Origin: Octopus sinensis | Lineage: Eukaryota | Length of the DNA stretch: 23,139 bases | Assembly (NCBI RefSeq): GCF_006345805.1 | Contig: NW_021836655.1 | Location: forward strand, 1 to 23,139 | Direction of reading: 5' to 3' | Shown: positions 1 to 9,831 of the stretch, piece by piece | Numbering within the stretch: position 1 is the stretch's first letter | Layout of the letters: each line of letters begins with the position of its first letter | The notes under the pieces: model-generated | Seen by the model: only the letters and a program-made list of their open reading frames with translations | What the model was told of the DNA's origin: nothing | The model's database searches: none | Translations under genes and position numbers: made by a program

Positions 1-295
1 TCATATGACAGTGGGGGGGAGGAAGCCCCTCGATGACATTCAGGCAGCTGATGATCACATGTGTTATTGCACGGTCAACATTTACTGTTGTGTATCTTGG
101 TTGGCAATTTAAGGGTTTCACTGTCTCATCTGTTCATCAGATACTCCATAGCTTTCTCCTGCTCTTGGGTCACAAATATAAGAAAAAAATCCCCCAAAAT
201 AACATAGCCTTCAAGACGTGAAATGGTGTACCAATCACAATTTGTTTTAAGGTTGCACTTCAGGTCACACTTCATTTCAAGTTTAAGGGAAACCA

Positions 296-620
296 TCATC
301 ATCACCATCGCTGTCATCATCATCATTATCATAATCATTGAACATCTGCCTTCCATGCTGGCATGGGTTGGACGGTTTGACAGGAGTTGGCCAGGCAGCA
401 GCTAGCACCAGACTTCTCTATCTGTTTTATCAGGGTTTTTATGGCTGGATGCTCTTCCTAAAACCAATCACCCAGCAGAGTGGACCTTTTTTTACATGGC
501 ACAAGCACAGGCGGGGTCAGTTTTGGCAAGGTTCTCACAGTTTGATGCCTTTCCAAATGCCAACCACTACACAGTGTGGACTGAATGCTTTTCACATGGC
601 ACCAGTGCTAGCAGGGCCAC
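296..620 (-). mobile_element. Interspersed repeat family C with (GAT)n tail
   Basis: Reverse complement of the family C core (CCAACCCATGC.AGCATGGAA; GGAAG.GCATCCAGC) seen at 17325-17605. Confidence 0.65.
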
Positions 621-1218
621 CAAGTGACTTGAAAGACAAAGGTCCTTTGAGAAGGGAGGGGACATTGGAGGAGATGATCTTGTGTCAGATGATGAAAGCT
701 TACACTGAGACGGAAACAGGTTTGTTTCAGTAGAGGAGGTACATAGTTACCCGGGCCATACATTATTGTTTATAGTATAGAGAATGTTTGTGTTCTTGTG
801 TCGGCTGAGGTAGGCTAGTCCTACGCACCTGGGTTCAAACGAGAGGTCAACAGAAAGCGAATGTTTATTGAAGAGTCAGTTGCAGGAACCGAAGGATGTT
901 ACAGACTTCATGCTTTAGCATTTGGTTTGATGTATCAATTTTTGCAACCGTTCTTTTTACACTGCTGTGTGATATCGTTCAGTGATATCAAACTGCCTTT
1001 AAAGCCTGCCTGGTGTTACTCTGGCATGGGATCCACGACCAAAACGGAGATTACTTTAGGTTACTTTTTAGTTTATTTTCCCATTTTTAAATACCTTTAA
1101 GATGTTGGCTAAAGATTTTTTACAATAAATTCTTCTGTACTTAGCATTGTAAATGCATTCTTTCAAACTTCTTTCTATTTTAATGATGATAAAACTGTGT
1201 TTCCTGTAGGACTTAGTG

Positions 1219-1442
1219 AATAATGATCCTGTCTATTATAGGCACAAAACCTGAAATTTGTGGGAGGGGCATAGTCGATTACATTGACCTCCAGTACTCA
1301 ACTGGTACTTAATTTATCAACCCCAAAATAATGAAAGGTAAAGTCGACCTCAGTGAAATTTGAACTCAGAACGTAGCGATGAGCGAAATATCGCTAAGCA
1401 TTTTGTCCAGAATGCTAATGATTCTGCCAGCTCACCTCCTTG
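1219..1442 (-). mobile_element. Octopus-type tRNA-derived SINE (family B)
   Basis: Minus-strand head GGTGAGCTGGCAGAATC with B-box GAGTTCAAATT and an (ATT)n tail. Four homologues lie at 18828-19897. Confidence 0.75.
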
Positions 1443-3182
1443 ACTTAGAGAATCATGATAAAAAAACAAAAACAGGAATAAAAATAAGCCACGAGTTTTG
1501 CAACGGAAGAAATGAACCTAAAGTACGATGATGGTAGTGGTGGTGGTGGGTGATGATGATGATGATTGTGGTGGTGATGATGATGATGATGATGTAGACT
1601 GTCAAATGTACGAATGGAAAATATTTCAAGAAAGACAAAAAAAAAACCGTCAAATTGGAATTAGTCAAGGGATAGAAATCAAGTGGAAAACCAGAGTATT
1701 TCCCCGTCATCTGATAAAGTTACACGGAACTACCTAAGAAAGTTTGTATGTGGACAAACAAATGTTTAGAAATAGCAGTCACGTATTTCCGAAATCCGTC
1801 AATGTTTTTTATAAAAGGAAGGACACTATTTAACACACACACGGGTGCAGGCGTTTCACTGCTTGACACCACAAACAAGTATTTTCTTTTATAACTTCTT
1901 AGAAACTGAAAGTAGCCCGTTGTACATGTATATATACAGGGTGTGCCCCACACGAATGTATACACACTTTAGATAATTGTAAAGTGGGTGTTTATTAATG
2001 TTACACGTTCATATCTATGTGTATGCGAAGATATACGTATATATGAATACATCCCCACTATTAGTACTATTTTGTTAAGCGCATCTAGTAAACAGTATGA
2101 ACTGTGTCTAAGGCGGATACGCACAGTGTGTATCACTCCGCTGTACATTTACAGTTTGTGAACATGCCAAGTAAAGAAACGGGTAGAATCATAAAAATGC
2201 CTTCAGTGAGTTGTTTATTATCTTACCACGAACCAAAAGAATACATAACACACTGGTTGTCATTAACAACAAGGTCCACATCAAATCTAATACTTTCTAT
2301 ACACAAAACTATATTACATCACATAATGTCGTATGGTGACTTGTATGTTTTAGGTTTGTTTGAATAGATTTTGCTTTTGATCACTGAGGTGGCTTTGCTT
2401 TCTTTTTTCCTCCTGAAATACTTCTGAACAGTTTTCGATACGATTCTGCCGTGTCTGCTGTGTTTAAACGATAGAAAGAAGACGGCAGGCGATAAAATAT
2501 ATACACCAGGAAAATGGAGACGTTAAGAAATAGGTGACGATATTAAGTAAAGAATATTGATTCACTGTTGGGTGAATTCTTAGAAAATGAGCATTTTTCG
2601 TTGCCTTTTGGAGCTGGCAAACCAGTCTGAGTTGGTCAGATATAGACTGCTGTTTCCAGACGTTCATTTGTGTCTTTTAGGTGAGTCCTAACCTCTGCTT
2701 CAAGGGACGAAGTCAAGAATTGCAGGGGAGCTGGTTCTGAAAGACTTGAATCGCCTCTCGTAAGTGGAATAGGAAATCTCTTAGGAGAGCTGTTTGTTGC
2801 TAGAGGCACAAAAACTGCAGTCGACAAGACTAGATTTAAATGCTGACTAAACTTTTTAAAATGTTTACTGGTTGCACATGTAAGAATTCAGGAGAGATGC
2901 AACGCATAAAAGGAAGGCATTTTCTGTTGGAAGTTGTTGATAGGATGAAGTGTGCAGGTGAGACATGTCTGTCGATGTGGAGTGAGAGAATGGTAACTGT
3001 TGCAGCCTGTGATGCACAGGATTTAGCGACAACATTTCTAAGAATCTCATTGTGAGGATTTTACCAGAGCCATAATTATACAGGTGTATGCAAGTATATA
3101 AATACTTGCATAAACTTACGTGTGTGTGTGCGTGCGTGCGTATGCTTACACGTGTGTTTGTCTATGTATACATATATATATA

Positions 3183-3333
3183 TATACGACGAGCTTCTTT
3201 CTGTTTCCGTCTACCAAATCCACTCACAAGGCTTTGGTTGGCCCAAGGCTACAGATGTGCCACGCAGTAGGACTGAACCCGGAAGCATGTGGTTCGTAAG
3301 CACGCTACGTACCACACAGCCACTCCTGCGTCT
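3183..3333 (-). mobile_element. SINE family A, 5' portion
   Basis: Reverse complement of the family A head (CCACACAGCCACTCCTGCG, CCAAATCCACTCACAAGGCTTTGG). Confidence 0.75.
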
Positions 3334-3486
3334 ATCTATGTATCTGTCTTCTGTCTGTCTATCCATCTCTCCCTCTCTTTCTCTCTATCTGTCTACCTAT
3401 CGATCGATCAGTGTGTGTTTCTACTTGGTTGAGTCCTAGAATAGAGGCCGAAAATGTTCTGTTCATTCTACCTTGTTATATACATA

Positions 3487-3736
3487 TTGGCTTGGTGCAT
3501 AATTATTGCGGCTTTTTTCAACAAATTTCATTCAACAAAAACAATAACAACATGCAATAAAAACATCTTTAAATGATTATTCCGGAGCATATTCACCATC
3601 TCCTTCAATTACTGCTTCCCATTTGCTTGGCACACGGTCAGACCGTCATTCAAAGATGTTTTTGTTAAATATTGTTATTGTTTTTGTTGAATAAAATTTG
3701 TTGAAAAATAGCCGCAATAATTATACACCAACTCAA
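3487..3736 (-). mobile_element. Mariner-derived MITE / deletion derivative (250 bp)
   Basis: TIRs TTGGCTTGGTGCATAATTATTGCGGC and GCCGCAATAATTATACACCAACTCAA, similar to mariner TIRs and extending ~80 bp. TA on both flanks. The interior on the minus strand encodes PSKWEAVIEGDGEYAPE*, like a mariner transposase C-terminus. Confidence 0.8.
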
Positions 3737-4220
3737 TATCTCATAGATATACACATAATATGGCCACAAGCAGAGAGACGTACACACATGTTTTGTATAT
3801 GACTGTGTACTTGTGGCTGCATGTGTTTATATGGGTGAATGTATGTATAAAACGCGTGTTATAATTCTGCGAGTTGGCTTCCTGTGGATTCGCGTTCAAA
3901 TCCATGACAAGGCAGAGGTAGAGAAGGAAATCTATTTCCTTATTTCTCTTTCTATATTGAGTAAAAGGATTGCCTCACACCTACACATCTGCACAAATAG
4001 GACGGATGTCCCTTTCCATCACTGAACGACGTGGGTGTGTATGTGTTGGATTGTTTGCATGTGTGTGTGTGTGTGTGTGTGTTGAGGACTCAGTAGTAGA
4101 ATGGGAGGCTGAAACACTCCTTGTTAAACATACCACTTCCATAAACAACCAAACCCCAGACACTGGTACAGAGTGGAGGTTGTTGTAGATAAAGACAAAG
4201 TGAGAGAGTTAAATACAGAC

Positions 4221-4222
<2 letters not shown>

Positions 4223-4281
<59 letters not shown>
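4223..4281. repeat. (TA)n microsatellite
   Basis: Uninterrupted TA run. Confidence 0.95.
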
Positions 4282-4283
<2 letters not shown>

Positions 4284-4481
4284 AATTGAGGACTGAACAC
4301 GAAAAGTGGACAGTCAACATGCTAGATATAGACGTCAAATCGCCATTCTCCACAAAAGATTATGTTCTCAGATCAAACTTGGTGAGTTTGATCTGAGAAT
4401 AATCTTTTGTGGAGAATGGCGATTTGACGTCTATATCTAGCATGCTGACTGTCCACTTTTCGTGTTCAGTCCTCAATTGGT
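4281..4481. repeat. Near-perfect 201 bp palindrome next to a (TA)n tract
   Basis: Arms 4281-4379 and 4385-4481, 5-nt loop, one mismatch and one 2-nt bulge. Confidence 0.95.
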
Positions 4482-4593
4482 ATATATAAATATTTTAATC
4501 TTCGGATTCTTATTTAATATGCTAGACCACTGGTCTTAATTGATAAATATCAATTTCTACCCTTAATTAATACTATATATATATATACATACA

Positions 4594-4633
<40 letters not shown>

Positions 4634-4770
4634 TAATCCAACGGAAAACAGAAAAAACAACACGTGAACAATTAAAGTATTATTATTAGGCGCTCAGGAA
4701 AGAGGGAAGAACGAGGATATTTATATATATGTATGTATGTATGTGTGTGTGTGTGTGTGTGTATGTGTGT

Positions 4771-5228
4771 AGGCGCAGGAGTGGCTGTGTGGTAAGTAGC
4801 TTGTTTACCAACCACATGGTTCCGGGTACAGTCCCACTGCGTGGCATCTTGGGCAAGTGTCTTCTACTATTGCCCCGAGCCGACCAAAGCCCTGTGAGTG
4901 GATTTGTTTGATGGAAACTGAAAGAAGCCCGTCGTATATATTTATATATATATATGAGTGTGTGTGTGTCTGTGTTTGTCCCCCTAGCATTGCTTGACAA
5001 CCTATTTCTTTATTACCCACAAGGGGCTAAACACAGAGGGAACAAACAAGGACAGACATTGCTTGACAACCGATGTTTACGTCCCCGTTACTTAGCGGTT
5101 CGGCAAAACAGACCGATAGAATAAGTACTAGGCTTACAAAAGAAAAAGTCCCGGGATCGGTTGCTCGACTAAAGGCGGTGCTCCAGCTTGGCCGCAGCCA
5201 AATGACTGAAACAAGTAAAAGAGTAAAA

Positions 5229-5230
<2 letters not shown>
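4771..5230 (+). mobile_element. Full-length octopus-type tRNA-derived SINE (family A) with a nested insertion
   Basis: Head GGCGCAGGAGTGGCTGTGTGGTAAG with a B-box-like GGGTACAGTCCC, internal TA/TG microsatellite, tail CAAATGACTGAAACAAGTAAAAGAGTAAAAG. Homologous copies occur elsewhere in the window. Confidence 0.8.
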
Positions 5231-5263
<33 letters not shown>

Positions 5264-5335
5264 AATAGATATATACATAAAAGATAGACAGATAGAGAGA
5301 GATATGGCTAGATAGATAGGGGAGAGAGTCAAACA

Positions 5336-5369
<34 letters not shown>

Positions 5370-5403
5370 TAGATAGATAGGGGAGAGAGTCAAACAGACA
5401 TAG

Positions 5404-5435
<32 letters not shown>

Positions 5436-5569
5436 ATATATATATTTATGTCTGTTTGACTCTCTCCCTATCTATCTAGCCATATCTCTCTCTATCTGTC
5501 TATCTTTTTATGTATATATCTATTTATTATATATATATTATATATATATATATATATATCTATATATAT

Positions 5570-5934
5570 CCTTTTACTCTTTTACTTGTTTCAGTCATTT
5601 GGCTGCGGCCAAGCTGGAGCACCGCCTTTAATCGAGCAACTCGATCCCGGGACTTTTTCTTTTGTAAGCCTAGTACTTATTCTATCGGTCTGTTTTGCCG
5701 AACCGCTAAGTAACGGGGACGTAAACATCGGTTGTCAAGCAATGTCTGTCCTTGTTTGTTCCCTCTGTGTTTAGCCCCTTGTGGGTAATAAAGAAATAGG
5801 TTGTCAAGCAATGCTAGGGGGACAAACACAGACACACACACACTCATATATATATATAAATATATACGACGGGCTTCTTTCAGTTTCCATCAAACAAATC
5901 CACTCACAGGGCTTTGGTCGGCTCGGGGCAATAG
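5570..5934 (-). mobile_element. Inverted, 5'-truncated duplicate of the 4771-5230 SINE
   Basis: Near-identical reverse complement of 4867-5230, including the private nested insertion. Confidence 0.85.
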
Positions 5935-6041
5935 ATATATATAAATAGATATATACATATATATATAAATAGATTATATACATAAAAAGATAGACAGATA
6001 GAGAGAGAGATGGCTAGATAGATAGGGGAAGAGTCAAACAG

Positions 6042-6078
<37 letters not shown>

Positions 6079-6177
6079 ACATAAATAGATAGATACATAA
6101 AAAAATATACAGATAGAGAGAGAGGTGGCTAGATAGATGGGGAGAGAGTCAAACAGACATATATATATATATATAGA

Positions 6178-6212
6178 GATAGATAGATAGATAGATAGAT
6201 AATATCTAGATA

Positions 6213-6255
<43 letters not shown>
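6178..6255 (+). repeat. (GATA)n microsatellite
   Basis: Long, slightly interrupted AGAT run. Confidence 0.9.
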
Positions 6256-6269
<14 letters not shown>

Positions 6270-6717
6270 CAGTCAGATATAGAGAGAGAGGCAGAAAGTG
6301 ACGTTCCCGGATACACACACACACACACATCACCATAAATACACACACACGCACAAACATAAACAGGCGTGTATACACACACACAGACACACCGATACAC
6401 ACCCTAGACATCATTCGCCTTACGTGTATACATGTGTAATACTCCACACTCTCTCCCCCCCTTCTCTGTCTATAGACGTATGTAAATATCATACACACTT
6501 ACATATATAAATATTTACCTGCTTATGTACATACATAAATACATACATATACACACATCCGTTAGTTTTCCTTTCTTTTTCACGTTCAAATTATTATAAT
6601 TCCTAATTAATGATTAATTGTGAGACCTTTAATGTCATTTTACATTATTTAATTCATAAAAATGCTGACAATGTCTCTTTGATTTTAAATAAATAATTTA
6701 GACAATTTTTGTCTAAA

Positions 6718-6831
6718 TTTCGCGCCTTTTTCTCCACGTTTTTGTGTTCAAATAGTTGTTGCTAGGCAACGGATAGAGAACGGGAAGCGGCGGGAAGCGG
6801 GAAGTTATAGAGAGACTCCAGACTGGGCGGG
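6718..6831. promoter_or_regulatory. CpG/GC-rich promoter-like patch with RFX X-box, E2F site and GC box
   Basis: TTTCGCGC (6718-6725, E2F consensus TTTSSCGC); GTTGCTAGGCAAC (6758-6770, RFX X-box-like); three tandem CGGGAAG (6781-6804); GGGCGGG (6825-6831). All lie in a local CpG-rich island within AT-rich DNA. Confidence 0.55.
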
Positions 6832-7281
6832 TGTGATACCAGACCCGAAATATCACCAGATACCCTTAAGTATGGATGGTCACAAATGGATTTACCCGTC
6901 GTCTTTTCTATGTGTGTGCAAGAAGGCTACGTATAATAATGTATAATTATATGTATATATATCTAGGGTAATAATATCTGAGTTTTATATATGAATATGT
7001 ATGTATGTATAATATTCTTCTTTCCTGTGGGTATAATCATGATGTATATTATATTCCTATATTTATATTCCTATATAAATGTATCGGCAATCTATACAAT
7101 AGAGTCGGAAATTATCCAATACCTCAAATATTCCAACAGCTCTTTGATATTTCTTTTTTAAACTTGTACATATACATGAATAAATGTATACACAAACACA
7201 CATACATATAAATATATATACACACCTACATTTCTACAGTTATATATATATATAAATATATAATATATATATATATCCTGT

Positions 7282-7991
7282 GGCATAACTACAGATGAAA
7301 CACCCCATCGACTTTGTTTCCTCATAACTTCCAGGAAAATGGATATTTTTAATGAACTTCCACTTTCATTTTCTAAGAGAAAAGGATGCTCTCAAAGAAA
7401 TCCTCTTTTACAAAGCTCTTATTTAAATCCCTGTGGATAAATCCCAGCAAGAATCTTCTCAGGCTCTCCAATATTTTACAATATATAAAGAGAAAGAATC
7501 GGGGGCCAGGAAGTGGGGCTAAAAATAATCAGAGATTTTTTAAAATTATTTTTATTTTTTTTTATAACATAAAGTGTTTCTGAGGGAAAAAGAAAAGAAA
7601 AAAAAAAGAAGACAAGGAGGATGGTGTGCTAGAAACAACAGCCAAATCTCCCTTAAATCACACACTTTTTCCCTCGACCCCTTACAAAACATTTTGCCAA
7701 CAAATTTCTTTTTAATCGTAATCTACATCGTTTGAAAGTTATTTCTTTTAAATTTCATTGAAAATGTCCTATTTTCCTGAAATTTATGAGGAGGGAAAAT
7801 GTCTGGTTGTGTGAATTTTGAGAAACTCCTTTCTGCAACCCTTCAGAAAATGTTTTTCCAACAAATCCTTACAAAAACTCAATCTACAGGATCTAAGCGA
7901 TTATTTGTTGAAAGTTTCCTTAAAAAAATATGCATTTTTCTGCAAGTTATGAGGACACAAAGTCGGTGGGGTATATATCTGTAGTTATGCC
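7282..7991. mobile_element. Foldback/MITE-like element with ~65 bp terminal inverted repeats
   Basis: GGCATAACTACAGATGAAACACCCCATCGACTTTGTTTCCTCATAACTT matches the reverse complement of 7930-7991 with a few mismatches. AT-rich non-coding interior; no clear TSD. Confidence 0.6.
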
Positions 7992-7996
7992 GAATT

Positions 7997-8282
7997 TGCT
8001 TCCTCACAACTTGCGCAAAATTAAATATTTTTTAATGAAATTTTCTACAGATATTCTTCAGATGGTTTAGATTCCGATTAAATCAGAATTCATTGTGAAA
8101 ACCGTTTGTCCCTGGGTGGGAAAAGCAGTTTTAGAAAATTAACAAGATTTGCCTTTGCTTTGAAAGAAATAAAGTTTTCCCAATAAATCCCCATAGAATC
8201 GGAATTTACACCATCTGAAGCATATTTGTAGGAAATTCCATGAAAAATATCCATTTCTCTGCAAGTTATTAGGGAAGAAGCA
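7997..8282. mobile_element. Second related foldback element with ~90 bp inverted arms
   Basis: The arms share the CCTCA(T/C)AACTTGC..AAAAT..ATATTTT motif with the 7282-7991 TIRs, plus TTCAGATGGT.TA.ATTCCGATT in inverted orientation. Confidence 0.5.
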
Positions 8283-8419
8283 TATACATCATAAAGGAAC
8301 CTTTATACACATGTATATTTATATATACCTACATATACACACATGTCTTTGCTATGTTTTTTAAACACATAAAACTCATAGATGCATACTTTTACACTTA
8401 TTTTACACTTAAACCGCCG

Positions 8420-8780
8420 CAGGACAATATTTCAGAGTTGCTTCTTAAAGTGTCCATCACTTTTTTGAAAAAAACGATGCAAATTTCAGAGTATTTGGCT
8501 GTTATTTCTAGCATGATGTTAGGCCATCTATAGGACAATATTGACGTGGATGCTTTGGAATTGTCCTTCGATTTTTATTTGTGATGAAACAAAATGTGAA
8601 GGTTTTTGTGGCTCTTTCTAGCATGAAATGAGACCATATACAGGTCAATTTTATTTATGAATGTTTCTTAAAGTGTCCTTCAAATTTTATATGAAAAGTA
8701 AAGTGGTTTCGATTTCTAATATGAAAAATGACCAGCTATGGGAAAGCTTTTACTGAATGCTTCTTAAAGTGTCCTTCTCT
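8420..8780 (+). repeat. Diverged tandem repeat, 3-4 units of ~100-112 bp
   Basis: TTCTTAAAGTGTCC at 8442, 8665 and 8761, with a degenerate copy at ~8553; TTTCTAGCATGA-like motif at ~8506, ~8616 and ~8712. Confidence 0.6.
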
Positions 8781-8948
8781 TTTTTTATGAACCCCCCAAC
8801 AGCAACAACAACAACAACAACCCTACGAGGACGAAAGGCAATGTTTGTGCGTGTGTGCAGTTGGAATGTCACTGCAACAACAACAACAACAACAATCTAT
8901 TCTTATTAAACGTTAAAAACTGTCAGATGCAGACTGCACACACGACAC

Positions 8949-8961
8949 TGATGACGACGAC

Positions 8962-8993
<32 letters not shown>

Positions 8994-9172
8994 CGACGAT
9001 GATGATTATGATGATGATGACGATGATGACGACGATGATGACGACGATGATGACGATGATGACGATGATGATGACGATGATGATGATGAATGCGGCGGTG
9101 GTGACGATGATGATGATGATGGTGGTGGCGGCGGCGGTGGTCGTCTGCTGTTTTAGGTTGTTGTTGTTGTTG
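8949..9172 (+). repeat. Compound trinucleotide tract (GAT/GAC)n-(GCG/GTG)n-(GTT)n
   Basis: Seen directly; it is the source of the spurious Met-rich ORF 8855-9202. Confidence 0.9.
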
Positions 9173-9253
9173 GTCGTCTGCCTTTTAATGGAGAATCAAT
9201 GATTATGAAAGTCTCTGCTTTCGGACCAGACATTCCTATATATACATGCATGC

Positions 9254-9303
<50 letters not shown>

Positions 9304-9371
9304 AGGTCCCGGGCTGATTCGGGGTTAACCATAGTAAATAAGGTACTCAATACATAGCAGAGTAAAATTAA

Positions 9372-9377
9372 TTTATT
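9372..9377 (-). promoter_or_regulatory. Candidate polyadenylation signal (AATAAA) of the multi-propeller gene
   Basis: First minus-strand AATAAA found downstream of the stop at 9832 (~455 nt away), followed by U/GU-rich sequence. Confidence 0.4.
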
Positions 9378-9387
9378 ATATAGAAGG

Positions 9388-9483
9388 GCTTCTACAGGAC
9401 TAGAACTGTTTCATTCAAGAGAAATCTTCAGGAAGCTTCCTGAAGATTTCTCTTGAATGAAACAGTTCTAGTCCTGTAGAAGC
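9388..9483. repeat. Perfect 96 bp spacer-less palindrome
   Basis: GCTTCTACAGGACTAG...CAGGAAG|CTTCCTG...CTAGTCCTGTAGAAGC, 48+48 bp, centred between 9435 and 9436. Confidence 0.95.
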
Positions 9484-9488
9484 TCCTT

Positions 9489-9527
<39 letters not shown>

Positions 9528-9831
9528 AACATACATACATATAGCCTTATTTCTATACATACATTCCTAAATAAGTGTGTATATATATATAAACACATGT
9601 ATATATACTGTAAATAAATATACACACACACAAAGAGAGAGTGTTGAGGAATGTTACAACAATAATTGTTAGTGTGTAGAATGCAATGTATGCGATGCCA
9701 GGTTCGATTCCCGGGCGAAGCCATTTACAACAAGCAGAAGAAGAAGAAGATTAATATTTCTAATATTTGAATAAATATTGTCAAATAAAGAAAGCAAAAG
9801 GTTGACGTTCCAGGAATAATTCCAAAAACCA

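Noticed and set aside
338-733. 131 aa ORF
   Set aside because: It lies mostly in a family C interspersed repeat and has no protein-like features.
829-970. Possible minus-strand exon (VKRTVAKIDTSNQMLKHEVCNILRFLQLTL...RLNP, donor CAG|GTGCGT)
   Set aside because: It needs a frame repair, the acceptor is weak and no homology is recognisable.
5275-6190. Regularly recurring ~40-60 bp units resembling a CRISPR-like repeat-spacer array
   Set aside because: The spacers are only TA microsatellite, the units come from a local duplication, the context is eukaryotic and there are no cas genes.
3088-6510. Numerous 60-143 aa ORFs rich in YI/CV/HT/LS repeats
   Set aside because: They are translations of TA, TG, CA and GATA microsatellites and of SINEs.
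8855-9202. 115 aa Met/Thr-rich ORF
   Set aside because: It is a translation of (GAT/GAC)n and (AAC)n microsatellites.
9433-9438. HindIII site at the centre of the 96 bp palindrome as a sign of a ligation artefact
   Set aside because: Any spacer-less palindrome has a palindromic hexamer at its centre, so this is not informative.
9668-9723. tRNA-like fragment with B-box GGTTCGATTCC and a CCA-like end
   Set aside because: No acceptor or anticodon stems could be built. At most it is a decayed tRNA or SINE head, not a functional tRNA gene.
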